From: an uncultured virus (IMG/VR IMGVR_UViG_3300022700_000186)
Lineage: Duplodnaviria > Heunggongvirae > Uroviricota > Caudoviricetes
Length of the DNA stretch: 20,000 nt
Strand: one strand, 5' to 3'
Virus record (IMG/VR): IMGVR_UViG_3300022700_000186
Shown one piece after another: positions 1-8,012 of the stretch (positions within the stretch are counted from its first letter, which is position 1; each line of letters opens with the position of its first letter). The notes beneath the pieces were generated by a model. It was not told the origin of the DNA, did no database searches, and was given only the letters and a program-made list of their open reading frames with translations. Both the position numbers and the translations under genes were made by a program.

Positions 1-396
1 GGTTTTATCTGGGCATATATATTCGAACCTTACACAACAGGTAGTGGTTGGTTAGATGTATCAACAGGTGAAGTTGACCCCATAGTAGAACATGATTCTC
101 GTTTCTCACATTGGGCAGCTAAATCAAACGGTATGGTAGTAAATATCAACATAGGATTACTTGTACTTTCTTCTATTACATTCCTAGCAAGTCTATTCAA
201 ATCGAGAAAACAAGAAACATTACAAAGTATTTCTTTCTATAGTTTCTTTTTTGCTATCTGTATATTCATTATACATGCATGTTATTGTGTCTCAGGAATT
301 GGAGCATTAGTTTTAGGATTCTTAGGTTTTATACTATTAATTTCATTGTTATGTGGTGTGGATGCAGAAAAAATAAAAAGAATGGAAAATTTATAA
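1..396 (+). CDS. Multi-pass membrane protein, 5'-truncated by window edge
   Basis: Frame 1 is open from base 1 (GFIWAYIFEPY...) through the ORF-track ATG at 133 to TAA 394-396; about three hydrophobic segments in the C-terminal part. Confidence 0.7.
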   Translation, partial: GFIWAYIFEPYTTGSGWLDVSTGEVDPIVEHDSRFSHWAAKSNGMVVNINIGLLVLSSITFLASLFKSRKQETLQSISFYSFFFAICIFIIHACYCVSGIGALVLGFLGFILLISLLCGVDAEKIKRMENL

Positions 397-534
397 TCCA
401 GCTTTCTTTCTCCATTGCCAGACAGTAGACCGAGGGATATTATGAATCCTGGCTACCTTCCGAATGGACTTTCCATTCTTCATTTTTTTAATTACTTTTT
501 TCTTACGCTCTTCCGTGTAGCTTTTTCTTTTCAT
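391..534 (-). CDS. Small helix-turn-helix DNA-binding protein (47 aa; HTH_psq/CENP-B-N/HTH_Tnp_1-like)
   Basis: Hand translation: MKRKSYTEERKKKVIKKMKNGKSIRKVARIHNIPRSTVWQWRKKAGL*. It has the classic SYTxExK...GxSIRxVARxxNIPRSTVxxW pattern. It is below the ORF-track cutoff and has its own TATA box upstream. Confidence 0.85.
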   Translation of the reverse strand: MKRKSYTEERKKKVIKKMKNGKSIRKVARIHNIPRSTVWQWRKKAGL

Positions 535-555
535 ACTTATTACTATATTTACTGT

Positions 556-570
556 ACTATAAATACTTTC
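556..570 (-). promoter_or_regulatory. Archaeal BRE-TATA promoter for a leaderless HTH transcript
   Basis: Minus strand reads GAAAGTATTTATAGT. TTTATA starts 29 nt upstream of the ATG at 534 and there is no SD in between. Confidence 0.6.
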
Positions 571-629
571 TCCGCCTAAACCATTATTTTGTAGGTATTT
601 CGAAGTCCTAACCTTTAATGAATGATAAT

Positions 630-684
630 TTTAACGCAACCTTTATATACTACAAAGTGTATACATATTATTGAAGTGATTGAA
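630..684 (+). promoter_or_regulatory. Archaeal promoter/leader A (BRE, TATA, dyad, GTGAT RBS)
   Basis: CGCAACC-TTTATATA at 635-649; imperfect dyad TATATAC-N6-GTGTATA; GTGATTGAA before ATG 685. 630-673 is 38/44 nt identical to 11675-11718. Confidence 0.8.
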
Positions 685-852
685 ATGGAAAACAACAAAA
701 AGACCCAAAAACAAACAACCCTCCCAGATGATGAATATCTGGCAAGGAAAGACGCAGTTGAACAACTCGAAGCAGAAAAAGAAGTAATGGAAAAAGAACT
801 CTTTGGTTGCAAAGAACCCTACTTTGATGAGCAATACGAGGAGGTTTTCTAA
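685..852 (+). CDS. Small acidic hypothetical protein (55 aa)
   Basis: Start moved to ATG 685 (MENNKK) because of the GTGAT RBS and promoter A; its 3' end carries the GAGGAGGT RBS of the next gene. Confidence 0.7.
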   Translation: MENNKKTQKQTTLPDDEYLARKDAVEQLEAEKEVMEKELFGCKEPYFDEQYEEVF

Positions 853-1638
853 ATGCATAACTTTATTTGGAAACATGGAAAATCAACCGTGCAAGTCCCA
901 GTAAAAATAAAAAACGCAACTTCATACGGTTCACACCGAAATGGTAAATTAGTTTGCCCTGATTGCAACTCCCCAGTAACTCAACTATATCGTTGTGAAC
1001 ATGAATTAAAAGATGAAGACGGTAAAACAATTCGTTACAAATCTGGTAACAAAAAAGGTCAAGCTAAAACAGGTGGTTGTGGAAAAGAATACAAACTCCG
1101 AGATATCAACACCCGATATGATAAAGAATTCGATGTTGTTTATGATAAGTCAGAATACAGCAATTTCGTAAAAGGTGAAATCGACACAAAAATAACCGTT
1201 GAAAAAGAAATCAACACATCAGATGTATTACTTAATATCGAACTTCTAAGTGCTTTTAAAGAAATGTACACCAATGAAGATGATGTTGGAATAGCAACCA
1301 TGCAAAAGGTTTACAAATGGTTATCAAAACACAACAAAGCATTATTGGTTACATTCGGTTACAGAAACAAACAACGTAGTGGTGTTATCATGGCATCAGC
1401 AAATCGTATTGTAATTGCTGAACTCCGTGATTATCGAACTCTTAAAGAAACCTATCAAGAAGGTTTAGAAGAAGCATCAAATCCTAATGAAGAAACAATC
1501 AACGCAGTTTCTGAAGATAAGGAAAACGACCTTTACATGAAATTCATGGAAGCAAAAGCAAACGGTGAAGAAATCAAAAAACCAAAAACCAAAAAAACAG
1601 AAAAGAAAATTGAGGTAGCTTCATTCTTGGATGAGTAA
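853..1638 (+). CDS. ku: Ku-like DNA end-binding protein with a four-Cys Zn site
   Basis: Collinear with prokaryotic Ku: VQVPVKIKNAT (cf. VNIPVKLYxAT), CPDC...YRC...CGKE...DINTRY (bridge region), WLSKHNKALLVTFGYRNKQRSGVI, IVIAELRDYRTLK, and a basic C-terminal tail. Confidence 0.8.
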   Translation: MHNFIWKHGKSTVQVPVKIKNATSYGSHRNGKLVCPDCNSPVTQLYRCEHELKDEDGKTIRYKSGNKKGQAKTGGCGKEYKLRDINTRYDKEFDVVYDKSEYSNFVKGEIDTKITVEKEINTSDVLLNIELLSAFKEMYTNEDDVGIATMQKVYKWLSKHNKALLVTFGYRNKQRSGVIMASANRIVIAELRDYRTLKETYQEGLEEASNPNEETINAVSEDKENDLYMKFMEAKANGEEIKKPKTKKTEKKIEVASFLDE

Positions 1639-1657
1639 TCATCCAATATTTTATTTT
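1627..1657 (+). terminator. Hairpin over the Ku stop codon followed by a T-rich tract
   Basis: TTGGATGA-gtaa-TCATCCAA is a perfect 8-bp stem, followed by TATTTTATTTT. Confidence 0.5.
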
Positions 1658-1670
1658 ATGGTGATTTAAA

Positions 1671-1811
1671 ATGGGATACATGAAAAATCTTTACATTCAT
1701 TTGATGAATAGCAAACCAACCAAATGCCCAGAATGTGGTAATGAAACATTAAGAAACCATGAAGATGTTTACTACTGCACAGAATGTGGGCATAGTAACA
1801 TGAAGGTGTAA
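1671..1811 (+). CDS. Small Zn-ribbon protein (46 aa)
   Basis: MGYMKNLYIHLMNSKPTKCPECGNETLRNHEDVYYCTECGHSNMKV*; GGTGAT RBS; CxxC...CxxC. Confidence 0.8.
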   Translation: MGYMKNLYIHLMNSKPTKCPECGNETLRNHEDVYYCTECGHSNMKV

Positions 1812-1814
1812 ATA

Positions 1815-2609
1815 ATGAAAGCAATCCAAATGAAACCACAAAAAACCGATACAATCCCCGATGGGGATTACATATACGAATTAAAGTACGATGGTGGTTC
1901 TGCTTTCATTGTAAAAGAAGATGCAAAGGTATCAATCTATCATAGCAATAACGGAACTAATCAAGCTTGGAAATACCCAGAATTAAAAAAAGAATTACTA
2001 TCACTTAAAAATGGTGTTTATGTTGCTGAAATCTGTTGTCAATCACAAGAGGACATTGGTGGAAATTTCACCAATTTCCTCAAACGACAATGCGAAAACA
2101 AATTCATTATATCAAACCGAGCAAAGAAATTCCCAGTTACCGCTATGATATACGATATAACAGAACTGAATGGAGAAGATTTAACCTATAAAACAATACT
2201 GGAACGTAAAAAAATCTTGTCAGAATCCGTTTCTGTAAGTCCTCATGTAAACTTAGTGCAATTCTACAACTCACCTGAACCAATCCTTGAATTAGCAGAA
2301 AAACAACAAATCGAGGGTGTCGTAGCAAAACATATTAATTCAGTATACACATTCAACAAACGAGTCGGTTGGTACAAAGTAAGATTCAATAAAGAAATCA
2401 CCACCACTTGCACATCATATGAAGAATGGGAAGACAGCAAAGGAAAACTAAAAGGTATTGTATTAATCGATGAAAATCAAAACGACCGATACAACTTGCC
2501 TGGAAACCGACGGAAAAAAGCAATGCAATCAATTGATAAAAACGGAAAAGTAACCGTCGAGGTATCAATCTACGGTCGAAGATTTCCTGTTGTTAAGAGG
2601 GTGTTATAA
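1815..2609 (+). CDS. Compact, divergent ATP-dependent DNA ligase-like nucleotidyltransferase
   Basis: Motif I YELKYDG, III AEI, IIIa MIYDI, ERKKIL, IV EGVVAK, SVY, V WYKVR, and C-terminal RFPV; adjacent to the Ku-like gene. Confidence 0.85.
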   Translation: MKAIQMKPQKTDTIPDGDYIYELKYDGGSAFIVKEDAKVSIYHSNNGTNQAWKYPELKKELLSLKNGVYVAEICCQSQEDIGGNFTNFLKRQCENKFIISNRAKKFPVTAMIYDITELNGEDLTYKTILERKKILSESVSVSPHVNLVQFYNSPEPILELAEKQQIEGVVAKHINSVYTFNKRVGWYKVRFNKEITTTCTSYEEWEDSKGKLKGIVLIDENQNDRYNLPGNRRKKAMQSIDKNGKVTVEVSIYGRRFPVVKRVL

Positions 2610-3136
2610 TGAAAATAACCTGCCCAGAATGTAACAGAAGAATACGAATTCGAAAGAACAAACGCATCAATACTTGTAAATGTGGTTATGGTTTCTCACA
2701 CAATCGTTATTTTGGAAATGGAAGAAATGTTTTTCTAGTAGATGCAAACGTTTTCATATACGCAATAAACAACGATAGATTCAGAGGAAAGCATTGCATC
2801 AATGTGTTAAACAGTGGTCATTCATTAGCAACAACTAAATCTGTTATCAAAGAAGTCAAACAATGGAACAAGTACAGAGTTAAAATATATCATGTTAAAA
2901 AAATATCAAAGGATGTTGATGAACTTCAATACAACAGTCTAAAACAACCATCAAAAGCAGATAAAACACTTATTCAGTGCGCAATAGATAACCCAGAAAT
3001 TTCAGGTATAATAACAAACGACCCAGATATCAAAAATGTTGTGCCAAGCAGATTGATACAAAGCGAAAAGAAATTCTTTATTGGTAGACCAAATGAATTC
3101 TTAAAAAAATATGATAGTTTGAAAAACTTAAAATAA
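2609..3136 (+). CDS. Zn-ribbon plus PIN-domain nuclease
   Basis: N-terminal CPEC...CKCG. PIN motifs FLVDANVFI, VIKEV, SKADK and ITNDPD retain the acidic residues. Confidence 0.85.
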   Translation: MKITCPECNRRIRIRKNKRINTCKCGYGFSHNRYFGNGRNVFLVDANVFIYAINNDRFRGKHCINVLNSGHSLATTKSVIKEVKQWNKYRVKIYHVKKISKDVDELQYNSLKQPSKADKTLIQCAIDNPEISGIITNDPDIKNVVPSRLIQSEKKFFIGRPNEFLKKYDSLKNLK

Positions 3137-3169
3137 TCGAATTGAATACTATAACAGGAAAGTATTAAA

Positions 3170-3598
3170 ATGAACCTAACCGATAAAGCATTAAGCATAA
3201 TGCACAAATCACATGGTGGTCATCCGAACCACTATTTCACTATTCGAGGGTACAAAATCTGTGCTCGATGTAGTGGAATGTTACTCGCTTTATTTGTTGT
3301 TTACCCTGTATTTACATTTCTTTATAGTCAGGGAATCAAATTTCCATTTCTTGTTGCATTGCTTATTGCTCTATCATTAGGCACTATCAACCTACTCAAT
3401 TGGATTATCGGACAATACAAAGACATATCAAACGAATCCAGATTTATATCTGGAGCTTTCTTTTCTTTAGGATTAGCAATATATCTGTTTATGTTACCCG
3501 AGCAACCTATCAAATACATAATCCTTCCCGCTTATTTTATTTTAGCAATGATAATCATATCAAACATACGAAGAAAGAGGTGTTGTAAACATGAGTAA
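3170..3598 (+). CDS. DUF2085-like membrane protein
   Basis: H...HYF-x-IRG-x-KICARCSG motif followed by about four TM helices and SNESRFISG. Confidence 0.75.
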   Translation: MNLTDKALSIMHKSHGGHPNHYFTIRGYKICARCSGMLLALFVVYPVFTFLYSQGIKFPFLVALLIALSLGTINLLNWIIGQYKDISNESRFISGAFFSLGLAIYLFMLPEQPIKYIILPAYFILAMIIISNIRRKRCCKHE

Positions 3599-3704
3599 CA
3601 TAGATGAAATACTAGCTGATAATATCACAAAGTACGGAACTCTATTGTTGATTGTAGCAGGGTGTTGTTATACTGCATATAAGATTGCTCATTTATTTGT
3701 ATAA
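3591..3704 (+). CDS. Small single-TM protein (37 aa)
   Basis: MSNIDEILADNITKYGTLLLIVAGCCYTAYKIAHLFV*; GAGGTG RBS. Confidence 0.55.
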   Translation: MSNIDEILADNITKYGTLLLIVAGCCYTAYKIAHLFV

Positions 3705-3717
3705 GAGTTGATAAAGA

Positions 3718-4005
3718 ATGTGTAAACCGCTAAAAGGAAAAGGAACTACAAACGAATTCTTGGAACGTGATTCTATTGTATATAGAAAAGAAGACATCAA
3801 ATCTGCAATGGAATGGATGATTCAATTTCATGAAGAACAAATTGAATTTCTAATATCAACATTACAAGAAAATTTTTGGTATCCAGAAGATTCACATAAA
3901 TACGGAAAACAAGAAGCAGTTTTAATGAGAATTCTACTGAGAAATATAGTATCACAGTATCAAGCAATCATGGTCATAGAAGAAGGATTAGAGGATGTAA
4001 TATGA
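3718..4005 (+). CDS. Hypothetical viral protein (KPLKGK...KEDIKSAMEW)
   Basis: ORF track; coupled to the next gene by an ATGA overlap. Confidence 0.7.
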   Translation: MCKPLKGKGTTNEFLERDSIVYRKEDIKSAMEWMIQFHEEQIEFLISTLQENFWYPEDSHKYGKQEAVLMRILLRNIVSQYQAIMVIEEGLEDVI

Positions 4006-4295
4006 AATATATGTATTTAACAAAAGATTGGAAATGGAAGGAACACAACAAACCATTAAAAGGAAAACAATTCGGTTTCTTTGGTACAAGGAAAGACGGT
4101 TCGTATGGTGAACTTCATTGGAACAAAAACACAGAAGTAAGAAGATGTTATAGTCGTTCTTGTTTATTCGGTTGGTTTCATGAACATGTTCTAATTCCAT
4201 GTTGGGGTGACACTGGAATTTTCGAAATTTCTGACAAAGGAGAACCATTGAAAGATGGGAAAGTATACTGGAAATATAAGGATTTGATAGAATGA
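4002..4295 (+). CDS. Hypothetical aromatic-rich protein
   Basis: ORF track; GAGGATG RBS; ATGA overlap with the previous gene. Confidence 0.7.
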   Translation: MKYMYLTKDWKWKEHNKPLKGKQFGFFGTRKDGSYGELHWNKNTEVRRCYSRSCLFGWFHEHVLIPCWGDTGIFEISDKGEPLKDGKVYWKYKDLIE

Positions 4296-4301
4296 TTACT
4301 G

Positions 4302-4478
4302 ATGAAATTAGAAAATCCAAAATCGACATATATGATTGGTATTTCTGGAATCATCTTCTCTTTCATATTATTTATAATCCTAACAATCATCCATCCATTC
4401 ATAGCATTAATCGTATCAATATTCTTCCTTATACTTATCGTATCATATGTAATCTATAGGATAGAAGAAATAGAGTGA
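4302..4478 (+). CDS. Small two-TM membrane protein (58 aa)
   Basis: MKLENPKSTYMIGISGIIFSFILFIILTIIHPFIALIVSIFFLILIVSYVIYRIEEIE*; fills the gap between neighbouring genes. Confidence 0.65.
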   Translation: MKLENPKSTYMIGISGIIFSFILFIILTIIHPFIALIVSIFFLILIVSYVIYRIEEIE

Positions 4479-4482
4479 TAAA

Positions 4483-4743
4483 ATGAAATTCAAAACCAAA
4501 GAAGATTTAATGAAAGAATTTGATTATTTCAATGGTGAATCTGTACAAACAGGAATTGAAATATCTTTCAACTCCTTCAAAGAACGTATTGACTTCTATA
4601 ACAAATACAAAGATAAACCATATAAAGATTATATAAGAGATTATGCACTCACAGAAAAAGTACATAACATAGAAAGAACAGGAAATATTAAAGATGATTG
4701 GAAAGATTGGCTCTTCGACTTCTGCTTCGGTGATATAGAATGA
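4483..4743 (+). CDS. Paralogue 1 of the MKFKxKE / SFKERIDFYNK / WLFxxCFGDIE family
   Basis: Three conserved blocks shared with 6967-7281 and 7399-7695; GAGTGAT RBS. Confidence 0.85.
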   Translation: MKFKTKEDLMKEFDYFNGESVQTGIEISFNSFKERIDFYNKYKDKPYKDYIRDYALTEKVHNIERTGNIKDDWKDWLFDFCFGDIE

Positions 4744-4848
4744 AAAGAAAAATGAGAAAGGTTTATGGAGAAATAAAAAATGACAAGTAGAGACGATACA
4801 TTCTGGTATGTAACTATCATAACACTAAAAGTATTTGAATTGATATAA

Positions 4849-5163
4849 ATGGAGAACGAAATTATGAATAGAAACGACAAAGAAACATTAATACTTGGAG
4901 GCTGGCTTATATTCGCAATCATACTTGTTTGGTTTGCCTTCTTCACACGTTTTTATGATGGAGAAGCATACTTTGGTGCAATTCTTTTAACTGGCATACT
5001 ATCACTCTGTATTGCAGTCCTTCTCTGCATCTGGATAGAAGAAAGAGAAAAATCAGACATCAAAAAACTTAGGGAAAGACTTTCAAACGAAAGAAGGAAA
5101 ATTAGACAGTATGAAAGTGAAATTCGAAAATACAAAAGAAAATTATCTGAACAGGAGAAATAA
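4849..5163 (+). CDS. Two-TM membrane protein with C-terminal coiled coil
   Basis: ORF track; two hydrophobic helices then a charged tail. The start may be 4864. Confidence 0.75.
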   Translation: MENEIMNRNDKETLILGGWLIFAIILVWFAFFTRFYDGEAYFGAILLTGILSLCIAVLLCIWIEEREKSDIKKLRERLSNERRKIRQYESEIRKYKRKLSEQEK

Positions 5164-5164
5164 A

Positions 5165-5497
5165 ATGAGAGAAGTAAAACATGGAGGTCCAACAGTACAT
5201 GGAGCTTTCCAAAAACTCTATGAAGAAGCAAGAAAGAACAAAGAAATTCTTTACATGAAAGTTAATGGAAACGTCTTTATGGTTTTCCCAGAAGATAGCT
5301 TACGATTTCCTGTGATGAAAAATGTTGAGGATTCAGCATTAAAAGATGAAGCTGACAAACGTGGATTTGAGATGATTCCAAAAAAAGATATTGATGTTGA
5401 TTATCTATACGATGAAGAACTAAAAGACATTATCAGAAAACAACAATATGAATTGGAAGTATGGGCGAAAAACAAAAAGAAGATATCTAAAAAATGA
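5165..5497 (+). CDS. Hypothetical protein
   Basis: Start moved to ATG 5165 (MREVKH) after an AGGAG RBS. Confidence 0.7.
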   Translation: MREVKHGGPTVHGAFQKLYEEARKNKEILYMKVNGNVFMVFPEDSLRFPVMKNVEDSALKDEADKRGFEMIPKKDIDVDYLYDEELKDIIRKQQYELEVWAKNKKKISKK

Positions 5498-5507
5498 GAG
5501 AAAGATT

Positions 5508-5684
5508 ATGCAAAGAAAATGTCCAAGTTGCAATCAAGAAATGGAAATGAAGGGTAGTTGTGGTTATTGCAGAAATAAAAAATGCCATATATTCAATGTG
5601 TTTTTTGCAGGTACTACTGGATTTAAATCAACAAAAACGAGTAGTAAATTCTTGAATCCTATAACTACAGAGTTTATTAGGTGA
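5508..5684 (+). CDS. Small Zn-finger protein
   Basis: MQRKCPSC...CGYCRNKKC; probable start at ATG 5508. Confidence 0.6.
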   Translation: MQRKCPSCNQEMEMKGSCGYCRNKKCHIFNVFFAGTTGFKSTKTSSKFLNPITTEFIR

Positions 5685-5685
5685 C

Positions 5686-5841
5686 ATGATGGTAGATATT
5701 GAAGCATTGCAGAAACAAGCAGATGAATATCAAGAGCTAATGGATTTGGTGTATGAGTATTTGGATGATTTGAGTAAAGGTGGATACAATTCAAACAGTT
5801 ATATTGATGCTCTTTGTAAAAAGGTTGGATTCATAAAATGA
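5686..5841 (+). CDS. Small acidic helical protein (about 51 aa)
   Basis: MMVDIEALQKQADEYQELMDLVYEYLDDLSKGG...; AGGTGA RBS; ATGA overlap with the next gene. Confidence 0.6.
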   Translation: MMVDIEALQKQADEYQELMDLVYEYLDDLSKGGYNSNSYIDALCKKVGFIK

Positions 5842-6335
5842 ATAAAGAAGAATTATTAGAAAAAATCCAAAGTCACAACTTCATAGTAATAACAGGTACA
5901 TCTGATGGAAGAAAACAAGTAAGACAGATAGTAAACAGAAATATCCCTAAAAAACGCATAATCGAAACACGAAAATATCCCGAATACATCAAAAATCGAA
6001 AATCGGTTGATTCTTATAACCTCAGTACAGAATCTCCACAACCATACGAAGCATTAATGTCTCTCTTAAAAATACTCGAGAAAAAACGATTACCAGTAAT
6101 CGTAGATTCTTTCACAGATATAAAATCAATATTACGTACTCATGTTCATGGAACAACAAAAAATTGGGTTCACTATAATTTCCTCATTAAAAACTCAATC
6201 ACTACACTTCAAAAATACAACACAAAACTAATATTATTCGTTGATGACGAAGTCATCCACCAACACCTACTATACCTTTCAGATTTAATAATTATAGCCA
6301 ATGATAATGAAACTAAAATCCTAAAGGAGAAATAA
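5838..6335 (+). CDS. Degenerate P-loop NTPase-fold protein (RecA/AAA_24-like), probably inactive
   Basis: FIVITGTSDGRK resembles an eroded Walker A. PVIVDSFTDI is Walker B-like. KLILFVD and YLSDLII match RecA-fold strands. Confidence 0.5.
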   Translation: MNKEELLEKIQSHNFIVITGTSDGRKQVRQIVNRNIPKKRIIETRKYPEYIKNRKSVDSYNLSTESPQPYEALMSLLKILEKKRLPVIVDSFTDIKSILRTHVHGTTKNWVHYNFLIKNSITTLQKYNTKLILFVDDEVIHQHLLYLSDLIIIANDNETKILKEK

Positions 6336-6337
6336 AA

Positions 6338-6706
6338 ATGTCACATTACGATTCCTCAAGATATGGGTATGATAAATACTGCAAATCATGTGGAAAATAT
6401 CTCGGTATGGGTGTATCAAGAGACATCTGCACCACCTGTGAATATTTCAAATTAAAAGAAGATACATTACAAGAAGCAACCATCTATCTAATTTCTGAAA
6501 TAAGATTATGGATATCGGCACACGGGGACGATGTAGAAGAGATAAAGGAAGAATTCAAAGAACCGATTGCTGATTCCCACATTGATGTCTACAAAGTAAT
6601 CGAAGACTACAACGACGAAAAACTACAAGAAAAACGAAACAATGACCCAATGTACAGAATCGAACAACTCGAAAAAAGAATCAAAAAACTCGATGAATCA
6701 CAATGA
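6338..6706 (+). CDS. Zn-finger hypothetical protein
   Basis: CKSC...CTTC; AAGGAG RBS. Confidence 0.75.
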   Translation: MSHYDSSRYGYDKYCKSCGKYLGMGVSRDICTTCEYFKLKEDTLQEATIYLISEIRLWISAHGDDVEEIKEEFKEPIADSHIDVYKVIEDYNDEKLQEKRNNDPMYRIEQLEKRIKKLDESQ

Positions 6707-6819
6707 AAAAATTAACAGAAGCAAGGGCATTCAAAGATAAATCACTCATTCCTGATAACCTCAACACTCAATTTAGAGAACCTCTAAACGATGAAGAAAA
6801 GAAACGGGGATGGTACTAA
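6703..6819 (+). CDS. Small hypothetical protein (38 aa)
   Basis: MKKLTEARAFKDKSLIP...RGWY*; ATGA coupling. Confidence 0.5.
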   Translation: MKKLTEARAFKDKSLIPDNLNTQFREPLNDEEKKRGWY

Positions 6820-6820
6820 T

Positions 6821-6970
6821 ATGTTCTTCAAATCAATACCTAAAAGAAAAATAGACTCAAGTAACATACACAAATATAACATCTTTATATATGGAAAATC
6901 AAATGGTGACAGTGGTTTGATAATACACAAGAAACCAGTTGAAGAAATTATGGGATGGAGTGTAATATGA
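6821..6970 (+). CDS. Small hypothetical protein (49 aa)
   Basis: MFFKSIPKRKIDSSNIHKYNIFIYGKS...; ATGA overlap with 6967. Confidence 0.5.
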   Translation: MFFKSIPKRKIDSSNIHKYNIFIYGKSNGDSGLIIHKKPVEEIMGWSVI

Positions 6971-7281
6971 AATTCAAAACAAAAGAAGAATTAATTGAAG
7001 AGTCAAAAACAAGAAAGGGTAAACATCAATTAGCATCTCACGTTGATGTTGAAAGTTATAAATCTGGAAGGATGAACGGAATACTGGTAGCATTTTATTC
7101 TTTCAAAGAACGCATCGACTTCTACAACAAATACAAAAAATCACCTATCAAATTATATGAAGATTATCCAGAATTATATGCCAAATATGATTCAGAAACA
7201 CAGTTTAAAGAAAATGAATACAAATTACAAATAGAATATCAAGACTGGTTATTCCACTACTGTTTTGGTGATATAGAATGA
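6967..7281 (+). CDS. Paralogue 2 of the MKFKxKE...CFGDIE family
   Basis: Start set to ATG 6967 by alignment with the other paralogues. Confidence 0.85.
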   Translation: MKFKTKEELIEESKTRKGKHQLASHVDVESYKSGRMNGILVAFYSFKERIDFYNKYKKSPIKLYEDYPELYAKYDSETQFKENEYKLQIEYQDWLFHYCFGDIE

Positions 7282-7409
7282 ACTCATACATACAATGTTT
7301 AATTGATTCAGGAATAATCGAAAAGAGAGATAACAAATACTACATTGCTTGTGAAAAAGGTGAAGAAGTAACTATCGAACTAAAGGAGATATTTGAAAAT
7401 GAAATTTAA
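7278..7409 (+). CDS. Small hypothetical protein (43 aa)
   Basis: MNSYIQCLIDSGIIEKRDNKYYIACEKG...; starts in the GGTGATATAGAATGA coupling motif. Confidence 0.55.
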   Translation: MNSYIQCLIDSGIIEKRDNKYYIACEKGEEVTIELKEIFENEI

Positions 7410-7695
7410 ATCAAAAGAAGATTTAGTACCATATGGAGGATTTATCTCTCCGATATCATCAAAATCATTTATAGATGGGGTAAACTATTCTTTCAACTCT
7501 TTCAAAGAACGCATAGATTTCTACAATAAACACGAATGTACTTCACCATTTAAAGGAGGATATTCAGAACACTTAGAAAGAATAATCAAAGAAAATCCAG
7601 AACTGTACCATAAATTCCTTAAAGATATCACAAACGAAAAAGGTATTTTTTGGAACACATGGCTCTTCCAATACTGCTTCGGTGATATAGAATGA
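7399..7695 (+). CDS. Paralogue 3 of the MKFKxKE...CFGDIE family
   Basis: Start set to ATG 7399 by alignment; AAGGAGAT RBS upstream. Confidence 0.85.
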   Translation: MKFKSKEDLVPYGGFISPISSKSFIDGVNYSFNSFKERIDFYNKHECTSPFKGGYSEHLERIIKENPELYHKFLKDITNEKGIFWNTWLFQYCFGDIE

Positions 7696-7794
7696 ATAGA
7701 GACGAATTATCAGTTATATCTGGAATTATTATGGTTATGTCTTTATTGGATTTTGCAGTTAGAGAAATTCGGAGAGATTAAGGAGAAATGAAAA

Positions 7795-7995
7795 ATGGGA
7801 TTATCATGGATAGGTGGAACAGTTTTAAAAGCAGGTGGTAAACATATTATCATTTTTGGTTTTGAAAAAGCGAAATCATATCAAAATTATATCGCTGAGT
7901 TGTTTAAGAACGATGATGATGTTTTGGTTTATCGTGAGGAAGGTCAAGATAGATACTATGATTTAAAAAAGAAAAAGATGGTTAATTTAGAATAA
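7795..7995 (+). CDS. Hypothetical protein
   Basis: ORF track; AAGGAG RBS. Confidence 0.65.
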   Translation: MGLSWIGGTVLKAGGKHIIIFGFEKAKSYQNYIAELFKNDDDVLVYREEGQDRYYDLKKKKMVNLE

Positions 7996-8012
7996 TTAGG
8001 AAAGGTAATTGA

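Noticed and set aside
4483..7695. Diversity-generating retroelement template/variable repeats among the three paralogues
   Set aside because: Differences in the shared blocks are largely synonymous and include C/T changes rather than being adenine-specific, and no reverse transcriptase is visible.
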